From Eledone cirrhosa (Eukaryota): a stretch of DNA of 64,000 nucleotides. The notes below the pieces were generated by a model that saw only the letters and a list, made by a program, of their open reading frames with translations, was not told the DNA's origin and searched no databases. Of the stretch, positions 25,950 through 39,432 are shown piece after piece. How positions within the stretch are numbered: position 1 is the stretch's first letter; each line of letters begins with the position of its first letter. The stretch lies in NCBI GenBank assembly GCA_964016885.1, contig CAXHJY010001600.1:62001-126000 (forward strand), read 5' to 3'. Position numbers and translations under genes: made by a program.

Positions 25950-27719
25950 AATTAAATGTCTAATTAAATAAAGCTAGTTCTATTTGGATTCTATAAAAGC
26001 ACTGTCACACAATATATTCATATGCTTTCATGTTTAACTCCAATTGTATACATAGTGTATATATACTCATATAAAAGATTATTTGGAAGAAAGAAGATAT
26101 TTGAACTATTTTAAGATCAAATAACTATCATATTTCTCATACTTATCTATCACAACTATGTTGACAGTGTTGTGTCTCTTGTTGTTGCTGACATTGTATG
26201 GAACTACAATAACTAGCACTTCACTCAGCCTTGCACTATACACTGAACAATGACTAGCACTTCACACAACCTACATGGCTTTATAGCACACTTGATTTAC
26301 CACAATAGTTTTAACCATATAACCCTCTACTGATATTCTGAGTTTTATAACTAACTTGATTTGATGAACTTCAATTTAATCCCAGCGCAAGAAGATACAA
26401 CATACACAATGTTGGAGACACTTACCATCTTAAAATTCCCGTAATGGGTCAAATAACCTGCTAATCATGAGGATGAGGTAGAAATTATGAGAAATTATCA
26501 TAAGAGTGATGTATTCAACCTATGATTAAAATGAACATGCCCCAAGTTATGCTCTATAACGAGCCCATTAACAAGATTCATATTTTTGCTGGGCTTGAGG
26601 TGACAACATCAAAAATACTGGTCTGGAACATATCACAGCATGAATAATTACATGATGACTATCTGATGAGATTGTATCAATTATATAATTGATGCCATTG
26701 AAATGTGCATAATAGAAATGATATAAGATTCCAAAATATAGCCTTATTATTCATTCTTATACAAAACTTCATTGTACATAGACCTGTCTGAATAATATAC
26801 TACGTTGAGTGCTAAAGCCTGTGTACATAAGTGTTAAATACAATTGTGAAACGATTATCAATTAGTGAGCATGAACCATATGTGTATATATATATATTTG
26901 GTCAGTTCATGTTCGTTAATCAGTAATTGTGAAACAATTACTAATTAAATCAGCTGTAATAAATTGCTTCACTCCCCATATTCTACTGCCATAGCTCATT
27001 CTGAATATCATTTGTTTAGGAGGTTTCAAATTTATTTAATTGGACTAGCAGCAATAAAGGGGTTCACAAATAGTTGGTCTCTCATTTCATACCAAATCCT
27101 AAGAATGTTGATTCCTTACATCTGGTTTTAATGTTAAGAGCTCATTAATTTCATCATTCTTTTCTTGGAACCAATTTCTTCTCTTGCATGTAACAGCCCC
27201 TAATTTTTCATAAGATACACAGTAAATCTAGTCTTTAAAATCTTACATCAAACTCCAGTAAATCTATAGTATTTTCCATTGTTCAGCTTCATGAGTCCTT
27301 CAAAGCAGAATGATTAATGTGCTTTGGTGCAACCACTTGTAAATTTTGCAAGGCACTAGCCTTTTATATATATTTATTAAAGGATATTTTTCATGAAGTA
27401 TAAATGAATATTTCTATTATTTTAGAAATTTTAAGCAATATTGAGTTCACAAAAATCAGGCAAGAAAAAAAAAAAAGAATTTATGTTTTCGAAAAGATAA
27501 AAAACAAATAGAATCATTCTGAAATTAATTAGCTCCATTGCTGAAACTTAAAATAGATATTATTCACAACAAAAATATTCAATTAGAAAATTTTTTAACA
27601 CAAATTTAAATACAGTAGAAAAGTATGAAATTAAAGGGTTAATTAACAACAGACAGTTTTGTCTGAGATTTTATAGTCAATAGGACAAATAAATATTACA
27701 CACAATGTTAGGTTCAGTA

Positions 27720-28280
27720 CGGTATATTTCATTCCCAATCCAGAATGAATTTGTGGAAACTGGTCACTATACCCTCCATTTGTGTTTGTATTGGACTTAA
27801 AAGTGTGGGGAGGGGCAGATTATAAAGATACTCTCAATTGTTTCATAATGGAATACGGACAAACATTCCTAGTGCGATAGTTAGAAATACAGCTGAACAT
27901 ATCCTACAGTGTATCCACATATTGGAAACTTAAAATGAACCAATATGTGGCATGAGAGGATATAATCCAATCTACAAATTGTGTTCTACCCTTGAGCAAC
28001 ACACAACTAAGAATAGGCAAGAAATTTAGGTTTCACAAAACCTTTTCTATTGATGAGACTATTGCAAGATTAACAAGGAGACATGTATTAGTAAACTATA
28101 TAAAAAAATAAAGTAACACCAGTGAGTGCTGAATGATGAATCACATCCAGGATACATATTATGTATGATATGCTATACAACTGGCATGAAAGTCTCCAGA
28201 CATGGTAAACCTTTTGATGTATACATCAACCTGATGGAGTATCATAGTGGCAAAATTCATTAGTCTGTTGTATTAAATGA
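27720..28280 (+). mobile_element. Degenerate piggyBac-like transposase relic
   Basis: IVRNTAEHILQCIHI (cf. MSRNRFEQILRxLHF) and TFSIDETIARLTRRHVLVNYIKK (cf. SIDESMxxFKGRxxxKQYI); stops and frameshifts. Confidence 0.6.
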
Positions 28281-30539
28281 ATGTAAAAACAAAATATTCT
28301 TTATAAAGTTTATCTACAATCTATATATGATATAAAAGAGCCATGTTTGTTGGTTGGTGTCTTCGCACATAACGAAAACTGCCAATCAAACAGAAAGTAC
28401 ACCAATGGAATAAGGGTATATACAAAAAGGTTTATTGGTACTGGTTTTGCAACATCAAAGAAGAATAAAAACATCCTGAGTATGCTAACCAACATCCTGA
28501 GTATGCTAACCAACCCGACAGCTATTTCTAGCAGGTTGGAAGACAACCATAAGAGTTTCTTTCTGCAGAGTCACTTTTCACAGCTAGCATCTCAATAGAT
28601 TTGAACACTGGTTTACACAAACACACACACACATTTATATATAATTATCTATATCTATATATAGTTTTGCTATGACCATGAATAAAGCTCAGGATCAGAC
28701 TCTCAAAGTTGTAGAATTTAACATGAGAGAATTGGCTTTTACCCATGGACAGTTATATGTAGGTTGTTCATGAGTGGGAACACCTATAAATCTTCATATA
28801 CTATGTACGAACAGTAAAAAAAAGAATCTGGTGTATCTGGAATATTTTTTACTTTTTTATTTTTGTCTCACACACACCACAGTCGTTTTTCATACTGTAA
28901 ACCAGACAACGCATCCAATACAGTCATTTTCTCTTCTACCCATCTTCTCTCATCTTCTGTTTATCCGAGCGAAGTTGGGTACCTCAGCTTGTGTAAATAT
29001 ATAACAAAATCACATGTTTTTAAGGCAATATTCCCTGCTAAATCGCAGGTTGCTTTGCAGGTCTATGAAGCAGGTTTCATACTTATCATTGGGTCCTTTT
29101 AAAGGCACTGTTTTACACCCAGATGGCCTTCCAAACATCCACCCTTTTAGTCATAGCTCATGATGTAAGTATAAGGTACTGATACAATGTATATATAATA
29201 TACAGAGTGTATAAACTCTATGACAATTATTATATGAAAACGAAACAGAATGTTTCCTTTTAATATAAGAAAACAATGAAATTTAAAAAAACATATACAC
29301 AATTATAAGAATACATTTATGCAAATTTAACAAGTAATCATACAGTGTAAAATTTCATTTTCCAAGCAGTTAATGATTTAATGACCAGCCCTATAATTAT
29401 GACACTCAAGAATTAATATGTGTGTCAATCAATCAAGATTTTGGTTTTTGATGATATAAAATTACAAACTATCATTACTCTAGTCAAATATGTTTGTTAT
29501 AAAATATTTTCCATATTTTCAATATCTTGATTTTATAATCAGTCACATATAAAGCTATGAGAGCTGGTTTTGAAATAGCAAATCAAAAGATCAAATAGTT
29601 ATATCTCTGAACTCTCAATGGAATGATATTAACTGGCTTCCTCTGAAAGCATGTGTTAATACTATGCATGTGTGTTTGCATTTGTGTCAAAGAGCTTCAA
29701 ATGTAATGCAAAGGTACAAACCTTGCTAAAGATATTTTACAGACATTAGAAGAGGTCCCTGACTCACAAAAACTAACAAGGAAGAAAGTAAGTTATTCAG
29801 TTAGAAACAAATACAAAATCATGCAAGTGTGTGTGTGCTTCTCCTCAATAACTTCTCTAACAATATGGAAGACACATCACCTCCAATCCTCATGCTGTAG
29901 AATGTTGGCAAAGCTCTTCCTTGTTTGCTACTCCCTACGCTAGATAAACCTGACATCCAGCTTCTATTCTAGTTTCTGTTATAATTGTCTCCTGAGTCAA
30001 TTTCTTATCTCTTTAAACATGTCTCTTAGTTTGTATTTCTCTATTTATATTGCTATTCTACCACAATGGCAGCTTCTATCTGGCTGGAACCTTTCCTCAG
30101 TCACAGATCATGTTTGCAAAGCTCAACAGTCATCTATGTCACAGGACTTTATATCATCTTCATCATTGTCAAATTCTACAACTAATGGTCCCCTGAACCT
30201 ATGATGGATCAATGGCTCTTTCACTCTATTGATACCAGCCTGACTGGTTCTGTGATACAAAACTGTTTATATTAAATACTTATTTCTAAAATCTTTCTAT
30301 CATAATTTTATGTAAGGACCTTCGTTAAGTTTCAAACACCAGTTTAGTTTGTGAGATCTCCTTGAGTCATGACTTATCATGTGTTTGCATCTGAAAAATT
30401 CTTTTCCAAATGGCAAGCCAGAGCTGGGTGTTTTATATCTTAATTTTGAGAAAGTTAGTAATATAATTAATATCTTCCAAATTCTTGATTATTTCCAAAA
30501 TAATTTAAAAGTAATGGACAATGTTGTTCATTAGAAATA

Positions 30540-30900
30540 TGGTAATGAAAGGGTTAAGCTTCCAGATATTCAATTTCTAGGCTGCCTTCTATCACTGAGT
30601 TCATCTAGTTTCATACTGAAATCAATAATCACTACTCTATCATAGGTGATGCATTCTTGATTGGGGAAAGACAGTCTACTTTGTTGGAAGGAATAAAGTC
30701 TTGTGTGTTCACCTAATTGGTAGGTGATCAGTTGGATAGCCAGTTTCCTGAAGTTGGTGTTGTAAATTTTCAAGTGATTTGCATCATAGAGCTTCAGGAG
30801 CTTCAAACAGTCTTCATTCTTCAGTTGCAAGCCTTGGAATCTATCTTGGTACATTCAGGCATGTAAGCTAAAGTCACCAGCTATGACAATAATGTTACTA
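30540..30900 (-). mobile_element. Old CR1/L2-like LINE relic
   Basis: DRVVIIDFSMKLDE and RFQGLQLKNEDCLKLLKLYD resemble decayed RT C-terminal motifs. Confidence 0.4.
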
Positions 30901-31003
30901 TTATTTGTTGCTTATTCATCTAGTAGACCAATTTACAGAGCTTATGTAAATATGTCACCATTAAACTGTCCAACTGTCCAAGACTAGTGATTAAGCTTAA
31001 TGA

Positions 31004-31143
31004 GCATAGTTACGTCCCTTTATGATCTGAGTTCAAATCCCGCCAAGGTTGACTTTGCCTTTCATCCTTACAGGGTCGATAAAATAAAGTACCAGTAATG
31101 CACTGGGTAATTGCTGGCCTTGTGCCTAAAGTAGAAACAATTA
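31004..31143 (+). mobile_element. SINE family B, 5'-truncated
   Basis: Near-identical to 58048-58188. Confidence 0.88.
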
Positions 31144-31215
31144 TACTATCCCACACTGATATCCTACATATGTGTGTATGTATGTATGTATGTGTGTGTA
31201 TATATATATATATAT

Positions 31216-31550
31216 GGAGGCACATGGCTTAGTGGTTAGAGCATTGGGCTTGCAATCGAAAGGTTGTGATTTCAATTCTCAGACCGGGTGATGTTTTGTT
31301 TCCTTGAGCAAGACACTTTTTTTCACATTGCTCCAGTTTACTCAGCTGTAGAAATGAGATGATAGGGACTGGGGTCCATATCATTCCACTACAATGTGGT
31401 CGTGGAGGTGCCACGGCAAAAAAGCACCCAGCACTCACTGTAAATGAGGTTGGTGTTAGGAAGGGCATCCAGCTGTAGAAATCAAGCCAGAATCACTTCC
31501 CGTCCCACCCTTGCAAGCAGGGAAAAAGCAGACATAAAATGAAATGATGA
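31216..31550 (+). mobile_element. SINE family A, full length (tRNA head, CORE-like block, RTE-derived tail)
   Basis: A-box tggcttagtgg, B-box-like gatttcaattct, ccttgagcaagacact block, tail shared with RTE 3' UTR, ends atgaaatgatga. Confidence 0.9.
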
Positions 31551-31559
31551 TATATATAT

Positions 31560-32080
31560 ATCACATCTATTTAGCACACTGCAGTGTGTCCCATTCCCAA
31601 GACAACCAACCCATCTGACTGTGATATTCACTCACAAAATCTTAAAGTTAATTGAGACAGCCACTGACAGCAACCTTCTCCCTTCTTAACTACAGTTGTC
31701 AATAAAGCAGATCTACTGGAAACTCCTCCCCTACATTACTTACCAGTAGGCTCATCCTGAAAACTTTGGTGAAAGCTTTAAACTCTCTTTGGCACATGAA
31801 TCTTTTGTCAGAATTGCTCACCTATGGACTCCTTCCATCTCTCATCCTTTGGCTTGGTATCTTTCAATCAGATTGCACTAACATGAGATCCTACACATAT
31901 ACATCAATCTCTTGCAACCACTTCTAATGTAAAGTTTCACTATCACTGAGGATCACTCCTGGTGAACAAACAACCTTAACTTAGCAACTTCAACTCAAAA
32001 TCAGGCCTTTATACTTATAGCCTCCAGCAACTGGCAACTCTCTACAAAGCTCATCTAAGATTCACAATATGTTACTCAAG
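31560..32080 (+). mobile_element. Old Jockey/CR1-like RT relic
   Basis: ...LWHMNLLSELLTYGLLPSLILWLGIFQSD resembles KAFDRVWHxxLLSKLxSYG. Confidence 0.5.
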
Positions 32081-33679
32081 GGTACAGAGGGTACAGAGAA
32101 AATTGAATTAGGTAGATATAATATATATTAAGAATGAAGGGTTTACCTATCGAAAAAATGTTTCATTTGATTGAATATGATCCAATCAATTGGTGGTTTT
32201 GGCATGCATGTTTGCATATGCGATATGGAAATCATAGTATTCCTAGATAAATATCTATTTTCAGATATAATTATAGACATCTTCATGGAACTTCATGAAC
32301 ATATCTATATAATCTATAATTATATCTGAATTATATATACATATATGTGTGTGTGTGAGGTGGGGTATTTGTGTGTGTACTAACACAGCTACATACATAT
32401 TTGAACTATAGTAAAGTAGATGATCTTTAAGAGAATTTGTTATAGTTTGAATTAAAAGAAGAACATTTTTAGCAAAATTTAACTAGGTGCATTAATAAAT
32501 ATATGTTCAAAGAAATATATATTTTAATACATAATATAAAGAAAAAACTTTATTGCTCTGAAATAAATAGTTTAGCTAAAAAAGTAATCTGAAATTTACA
32601 AAAAATAATACTTTTATACTTTTTGTGTATTATGGACTAAAACTGAATAGAATTGCTCCTACCTAATATAACTCTTGAAATAGTCCATAACTTACACACT
32701 GAAGCCATAAAATATTTGTGGAAATGAATATTGGAAAATATACATATACAATAATTATGAAACAAATGAATTGTAAATTCTTCTATGGGTAAATAGATAA
32801 GTTATATAAAAATAATCTTCCAAGAATATTGTGAATACTGTACCAAATTATTACTATATGGATAATATTTTGTTTTCAACTGAAGACAATCAATTAGTTA
32901 TAAAATCAATATGGCAAAAAATATACTGTGAGCATGCTTGGGTTAGTGCATGTTCATAGCATGCAGAAATGAATATCTCTACATTAACTAAATTGGATGA
33001 TAAGTACCATTAACATCTAAGATAGAAAAAAATTATGGATTCAGCCAAATTATTTAAACAAATTGCAATTAATATACATTGCACCAGAAAAAATGTATGA
33101 CAATGATGTTTCTTATAGAAAGAATGCAGTAGAAGAGAAAAATAGTTTTTAAATATCTCAAAAGCATTACAAAAATCAGTCATTTTATTTATAATCCGCG
33201 TCATGTGGAATCAATTCCTAAAGCTGTAGAACCATATAAAATCAATACAAAATCAACATTAAATGATGAAACACTTAAGACTCCAATTACAGACAACCTA
33301 TTTCATTTTCCTTTGTCTTAAGGACAAATCCAGGTTTTATAACCCTATCAGGATTTTTTATGCTGGAGGGGCGAGATATTCAGAATGGTCAATATTTAGT
33401 TTTCAATATTTGTTAATTATTTAAAAGAATATATGGATAGGCATATAGTTTCAGTTTAAGAAGACTGAAAATAATAGTGAAGATATTACAGTAAGACAGG
33501 AATGTAAAGAGGACACATAAAAGGTAATGATTAGATAGATATAAAAGAGGGGTTTGCCTATAAGAAAGAGGGGTTTGCCTAATGAAAGAATGTTTCTCTA
33601 AATTGAACATGAACCAATCATTTAGTGAGTTTGATATACATGTTTGTCATATGTGATGATAAAATAATAGTATTTCAAG

Positions 33680-34140
33680 ATGGAGACATGCTTAATGGCA
33701 GCTACTAATTCTGTTGCAACAAAAGGTTTCTCTCTACAAATGAAAGGTTGGCAGTATAATATCAGCTAGCAAAGTGTAGTGTTGCATAAAAGTGAAGCAT
33801 GAGCAGTAAATGCAGAGGATATGCAAAGGCAAGAAAGAAATTTAGTAAGCATGCCTCGATGGATTTGTGATGCTATTGTACATGAACATAGAAAATTTGA
33901 TGAGCTAAGAGAGAAGCTGTGTGTAAACGAATCAAATCTAGTCTGTAAGAAAAAGGACTGCACTGGGATGGCCCTGTGATGTGCATTGAGGATGATCATT
34001 GGGTGAAGAAATGGAAGGAAACTGCAGTAGAGAAAAGCCAAAGAAAACCTACACAGAAAAGATGTGAAAGGAGGCTATGCTGGTAAAGACCTATGCAACT
34101 CATGTAAGCATGGAAGAATGGACGTAAAAAGGATGATAAT
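33680..34140 (+). mobile_element. Decayed RTE 3' fragment
   Basis: gcaacaaaaggtttctctct...gcatgcctcgatggatttgt...aagcatggaagaatggacgtaaaa. Confidence 0.7.
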
Positions 34141-34865
34141 ATATATCATCATCATCATCATTAGTTTTATGTCTGCTTTTCCATGATTGTATGGGGTGGA
34201 CGGGTCCTTCTCAGCACAGCATCTCTCTACACATCGCAATTCTTTGTCATCACTTCTACGAGTATCAGTGAATTGAGGTCATCTCTCACCTCTGCCTAGA
34301 TCTAAAGTCCTGCCTGTAGGGCCCAAGTAGATGTAATTGTCACCATTTTATTTCCTACTGCTATTCTAAGCTTCATAATTCTGTCATTTATTCTAACTAC
34401 TTCTATCACTTTATCTATCCATTTCTCACTCCTATCCTATCATCATTTTCTATATAGTAAAGCTTGCTTCTATGCTGCTTGCCTATCAGTAGTTTTACTA
34501 AGGCATCCCTCCATCTCAACTCTTGTATACAGCAAATGTTTGCTTCTCTCTTCTCCAGCAGTTCCACAATTTCACTTGATTTACTTTTCAGGGAGCCAAC
34601 ATTGAGGGTGGCAGTCCCAAGTTTTATACCTTACCAGTTACTATTTCCACCCCACTACCATGTGCAGCATTAACAAGACTAGAGTTAACCCTGTATACGC
34701 AATTTGTAGGAGTTATGTTTGTCGTACTGCTCAAATTTTGCCCATCCTATCAATAACCACCTTACAGTGTGGACTGGGTGCATTATTCATGCTACCAGAA
34801 CTAGAGGGGTTGTCTTACTGGACTCAAGAGTCCTCTCCATCCTGTGGTAGTTTTATTTGGAGTGT

Positions 34866-35160
34866 CTGCTCTCCTAGATGGGTTGCCTTCACTACAGCTT
34901 ATGGAGCCCACGTCTACCTCATGCGGTAGTCTATAATCAGAGTTACTGCTCTCCTAGATGTGTTGCTGTCACTATGGCTTGTGGAATCCACATCTGCCCC
35001 GTGCAATCATTTTACATTCGGGTCACTGCTCTCCTAGGTATGTAGCCTCTGTTTCAGGTATGAGGTCCGCATCTACCTCAGGAAATCATTTGTAATTTGG
35101 ATTTCTACCATCTTATACGACCTGCTATCACCCTAGCTCAATGTTCAGCATCTGCCCTGT
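34866..35160. repeat. Degenerate 80-bp tandem repeat, about 4 units
   Basis: ctgctctcctag at 34866, 34946, 35026 (period 80), weaker unit from ~35105. Confidence 0.8.
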
Positions 35161-36510
35161 TAATTATATAACCTTTTCTCAGGGATGGGTGGGGGCAATG
35201 TTGATGTAGGAGGGGGAAAACAACAGGGAAGAAGATGGTGGGGGAAAGCAACACACAGGAAAGTGATGGGAAGTGGGGGGAGGGGTACAAATGATGTAGG
35301 ATGGGGAAGTGTGGTGGTGTGGGAAGCAACAGGCGGGAAGGTGGTGAGAAGTGAGGGCAGGTGATGCAAGGCGATGTCAGCCAAACAGTGATCCAGCAGG
35401 TGGTGGATAGGGGGTGGATGGGAGTGGATAGGAGGTGGATGGGAGTGGATGGAGGAGGGATAGGGTGCAGTGATATTATAGAGGGAAGTTAGAGCAAGTT
35501 AATTCAGCTGTTAAACATTGGAATAATAATGTGAAGAAAACATAATAATATAAAGTAGTAATAAATATGAAATTTAAATATCGAAATAGTAATAATATGA
35601 AAATATATAAATAATAAAGGAAAGAAAAGGTAAATCAACAGTAGCGAATTGACATTCATGATGTAGGAGGATACATGTTGGTGAGTGTAAGTGTGTAAGC
35701 AAAAAAGCAAAGGAAAAAGGCAGGAGCACAAGGCCATGGCTGCCAAACAGCTAGTTGAATGGTGGTGTATAGGGGGTGAGTGGGAGTAATCTGGAGTCAG
35801 CATCTGAAAGAGATAGGTAGATAGCTAGCTATCATGATAAATAGCTGAAAGATTAGTAATAAATAGATGAAGGGTTAAAAGCTATCCTGATAAATAGCTG
35901 AGAGATTAGTAATAAATAGATGAAATGTTAAAAAAAAGAGATTGATAAATAGATGATACTGAGAAATATATTTATGGTCTTAGCTTTAAGATTTGAGTCC
36001 TCCATTACCACAGGCAGATTGAATATTTCTACAAGTGTGAAGGAGAAAAGGAAGGGAAGAAAGAAAGAGCCAGTGCTTCACACTGCACATTGAGTGTTGA
36101 TTTGAAGGTGAATGGTGATGAATGATGATGATGAAGAGACAAGTTTGCGAAGTATGCATGAATATCATTGTTAGATCTTTGTTGGTTCCGGAACAGCCAG
36201 GAGAGATGCCATGTTGAGAAGGACCCATCCAACCCATGCAAGCATGGATAATCAGATGTAAAAACAATACTGATGATGATGATGATTATCTGAATTGGAA
36301 TTGCCATGCCGAATGTTAAGAGAGGTGACAAGGGTAGCTAGTCTACCTGCTTGGAGTGTTGGGGTGGAGAAGTTGACCAGATAAATTAAATTGAAAAAAG
36401 TCATGGCAAAATTAGTATCCCAAAGTGATAAAGTGATAATAGGTGTGATATATAATATATATGTGTGTATGTGTGTAAATATGTACATGGAAATATACAT
36501 ACACACACAC

Positions 36511-36983
36511 ATGCAGAGCACTAGAAGTCGATGGAAGCTGCAGAGTGGGGAGACCCAAGAAAACCCGGGATGAGGTGATAAAAGCCAACCTTACCCAATT
36601 GCACGTCTCAAAGGCGATGACACACGATCGTGACCACAGTAATACAGAATACCCAACTCCCTACGGGTACAAGCCGAAGCTGAAGCATATAAACAATATG
36701 CCCTCACCCCTCCCACTGCAAAATGGTCGTGGAGGTGCCACGGCAAAAAAGCACCCCGCCCACACTGTAAAGTGGACGTGTAAGCACCATGGGAAAAAAG
36801 CACCCAGCACTCACTGTAAATGAGGTTGGTGTTAGGAAGGGCATCCAGCTGTAGAAATTAAGCCAGAATCAGTTCCTGTATGAGCAAGACAAGGTCAGCC
36901 AAACAGACACTGCCCACAACAGGACAACCCGTCTAACCCATACTAGCGTGGAAGAACGGACGTAAAACGGTGATGATGATGAT
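36511..36983 (+). mobile_element. RTE 3' fragment (subfamily 1)
   Basis: GRPKKTRDEVIKANLTQLH plus 3' UTR and (GAT)n tail like 10960-11439. Confidence 0.9.
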
Positions 36984-38450
36984 ATTCTTGCATACATACA
37001 TGCAAATATGCATGTATACATACAAAAACACATCCACACACACACACATTCATAATGTCACCAAGGCCAAATAGTTAAAATAAATAAAATAATTAACCTT
37101 TTATGTGATCATAGAGTCAATCAAGTTGAATGCAATTTGATTGTTTATATTATTTAAAATCATTTCGAAATAAATATTGAATGAATAAAAAGGAAATAGT
37201 AAACCAATATAAAGAAGTCTTTAAAAGTCAGCAGTATAACATAATTAATGTACCATTTGAAATTTTTTATTAAAGCTTTTGAAATTTTTCCTTGATACCA
37301 AAAATGTTAAAATTAAAAGCAATCAAAATGTAAATAGATTTTAAACATTTCAGAGAAAATACTGTAAAATATAATATTTGCAACTGTCTCCAAATAGTTA
37401 ATACAAAAATAATTTTTAAATTAAAACGAAATTACAAGATAAAAATTATACATATATGAAATAGAAAATTTAGTATTATTTTTTTAAATTATCGTTTTCA
37501 AATTTGGAAAAGTAAAGCATTATGCATTAATCTCAGTAAAATAAGAGAAAGTGTACGAGTGTACATGTAACAGAGAGAGGCGTGTGTGTGTGTGTGGATG
37601 TCTATGCGCATGCATGGGGTTGTGTGTATGCGTGTGTGTGTGCCTTTGAGTGCCTGTTAAAGAGCTACATTTCCGCATGTGCACAGTTCAGTTGATCTGC
37701 TTTCATATTTCTAGCTTCTTTTTACAAGCTGCTCTTTTCGGGTATTAATATTAAGAAAACAATGATCGTTACTAACAGAAATTATAAAATATAATGAAGA
37801 GCTTATAAGTTAAACAGAATGTCTTTTTTATTTGTGGAAAAATCTAAAATTTCATTTCATTCAGAAGACCCTCTGAAATTTAATGATGAATATTTTATGA
37901 ACAAACATTATAGAATTTTATATTTATTTATTTATTCAAAGCCTATTATATTAATGACTTTAATAAATGTTCATGAAATCTTTGCTTATAGACATTTTTA
38001 GATATTTTTATATGCTGAATGCAAAACAATTTTTAATTATGTTTACTTATAATAAATATTGACACTCTTCTTCTATCATCAGAGTCACATATTCTAAAAT
38101 CTGTATTTAATCTTATTTTGCATTGAAGTTTAATTACATATAAACTTACAAAATTTAGATTACAATCACTTAATTCATTTTTAAATTATGGTAAGATATC
38201 TATTTGAAATCTGTATATAAGCCTATTTTTCTCTCCCAAATTTCTAGATAAATACATTTATATGGTGCAAAGAACTAAGATAGCCATACAAATTCATATA
38301 ATTAATACCTAAAATGTAACACAAATATATAAAACTAAGTTCTCAACTTAAATATTGTCACTGATCTCTTTATTTTCAAACATTTCGGAAAGCAGATGAA
38401 GAAGACCAAATATCTATTTCAATTCGAAAACTTCAGTAGCAATATCATAC

Positions 38451-38570
38451 CATTCTAAGAGTGTCTGCCTCCTCCTCGTCTGGCATTTCTGGAACACCTT
38501 TTAATGTATCTTCATTCTGGTAGTTGTCATCCTCTTCTTCTTCTGCCTGAAGTAGTAGCATGCCTCCACC
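38451..38570 (-). CDS. Duplicated acidic exon (candidate cassette or alternative exon)
   Basis: ggcctcacag|GGT GGA...AGA ATG|gtatga; 120 nt, phase 0/0, GGGMLLLQAEEEEDDNYQNEDTLKGVPEMPDEEEADTLRM, paralogous to 39097-39210. 5' boundary uncertain: the ORF extends to an ATG at 38627. Confidence 0.6.
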
Positions 38571-39096
38571 CTGTGAGGCCAAACACATGCTATTTATCGA
38601 TGATGCACTGTTGAGAGTATTTGGCATGTTTTTTTTTTGTTTTGTTTTGTTTCTTTTTTTCCAATACTCTCATTTTGTTTAGATTTCTTACATATATAAG
38701 AAGTACAAAGCAATCACTGCTTTGCAATTAAATAAATTTAAGAAAAGCATGAAATGTGCTCCACTGTTTATTCTTAAAATATAAACAAAAACAGGGTAAA
38801 CATGATGACTACCTCATCATGGCTTTAATCACCCTTACAATAACAAAATTATCTTAAGAAAGTAAAACAAATTTTAAAAGAAAATAAACTAATTTTTAAT
38901 TTAAATATTAACATGCAATAAAAAAGATTTTTAACAAAATTCAAATACCTTTAACCAAAGTTATTTTTAAAATAATATAAAGAAAAGACTCAAATAAATA
39001 AAAAAAACTGAAATAAATAACAAAATGCAAATGTCTTTCTTATGGAAACACTAACTATAAGCATCTTGTTTCTCAAAAAGATAAACAATTATTTAC

Positions 39097-39432
39097 CATT
39101 CTCAGAGCTTCGGCTTCTTCTTCCTCAGGCATCTCCGGAACACCTTTTAATGTATCTTCATTTTGATTGTTGTCAGCTTCTTCTTCGGCATGAAGAGGTA
39201 AGTCACCACCCTGTGATGCTAAATACATGCTGTTGCGCGATCTATACATCATGGGCTGTTGTGTCATATCATAGCATTCCATAGGTTGACCACTAACATC
39301 TAAAAACCCCTGGGACTTATTCCATGAATTGGCACAAATCAAAGCAAAGAAGAATGATATCATAGTAGAAATGCCAACTGTTAAGAAAACCCATTTTAGA
39401 CCAGGCACATGTCCATTCAGTGGTCTTTGATA
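39097..39432 (-). CDS. Astrotactin-like gene, TM1 exon plus start of cytoplasmic loop
   Basis: tttttttccag|TAT CAA...AGA ATG|gtaaat; 336 nt, phase 0/0; YQRPLNGHVPGLK-WVFLTVGISTMISFFFALICA (hydrophobic)-NSWNK...EEEEAEALRM. Confidence 0.85.

Noticed and set aside
26426-26457. Candidate micro-exon ag|GTT...ATG|gtaagt
   Set aside because: 32 or 35 nt would break the phase 0/0 frame and the acceptor lacks a pyrimidine tract.
31216-31290. tRNA genes at SINE heads (also 17510-17584, 58000-58090)
   Set aside because: Continuous with SINE bodies and tails, multicopy, cloverleaf degenerate.
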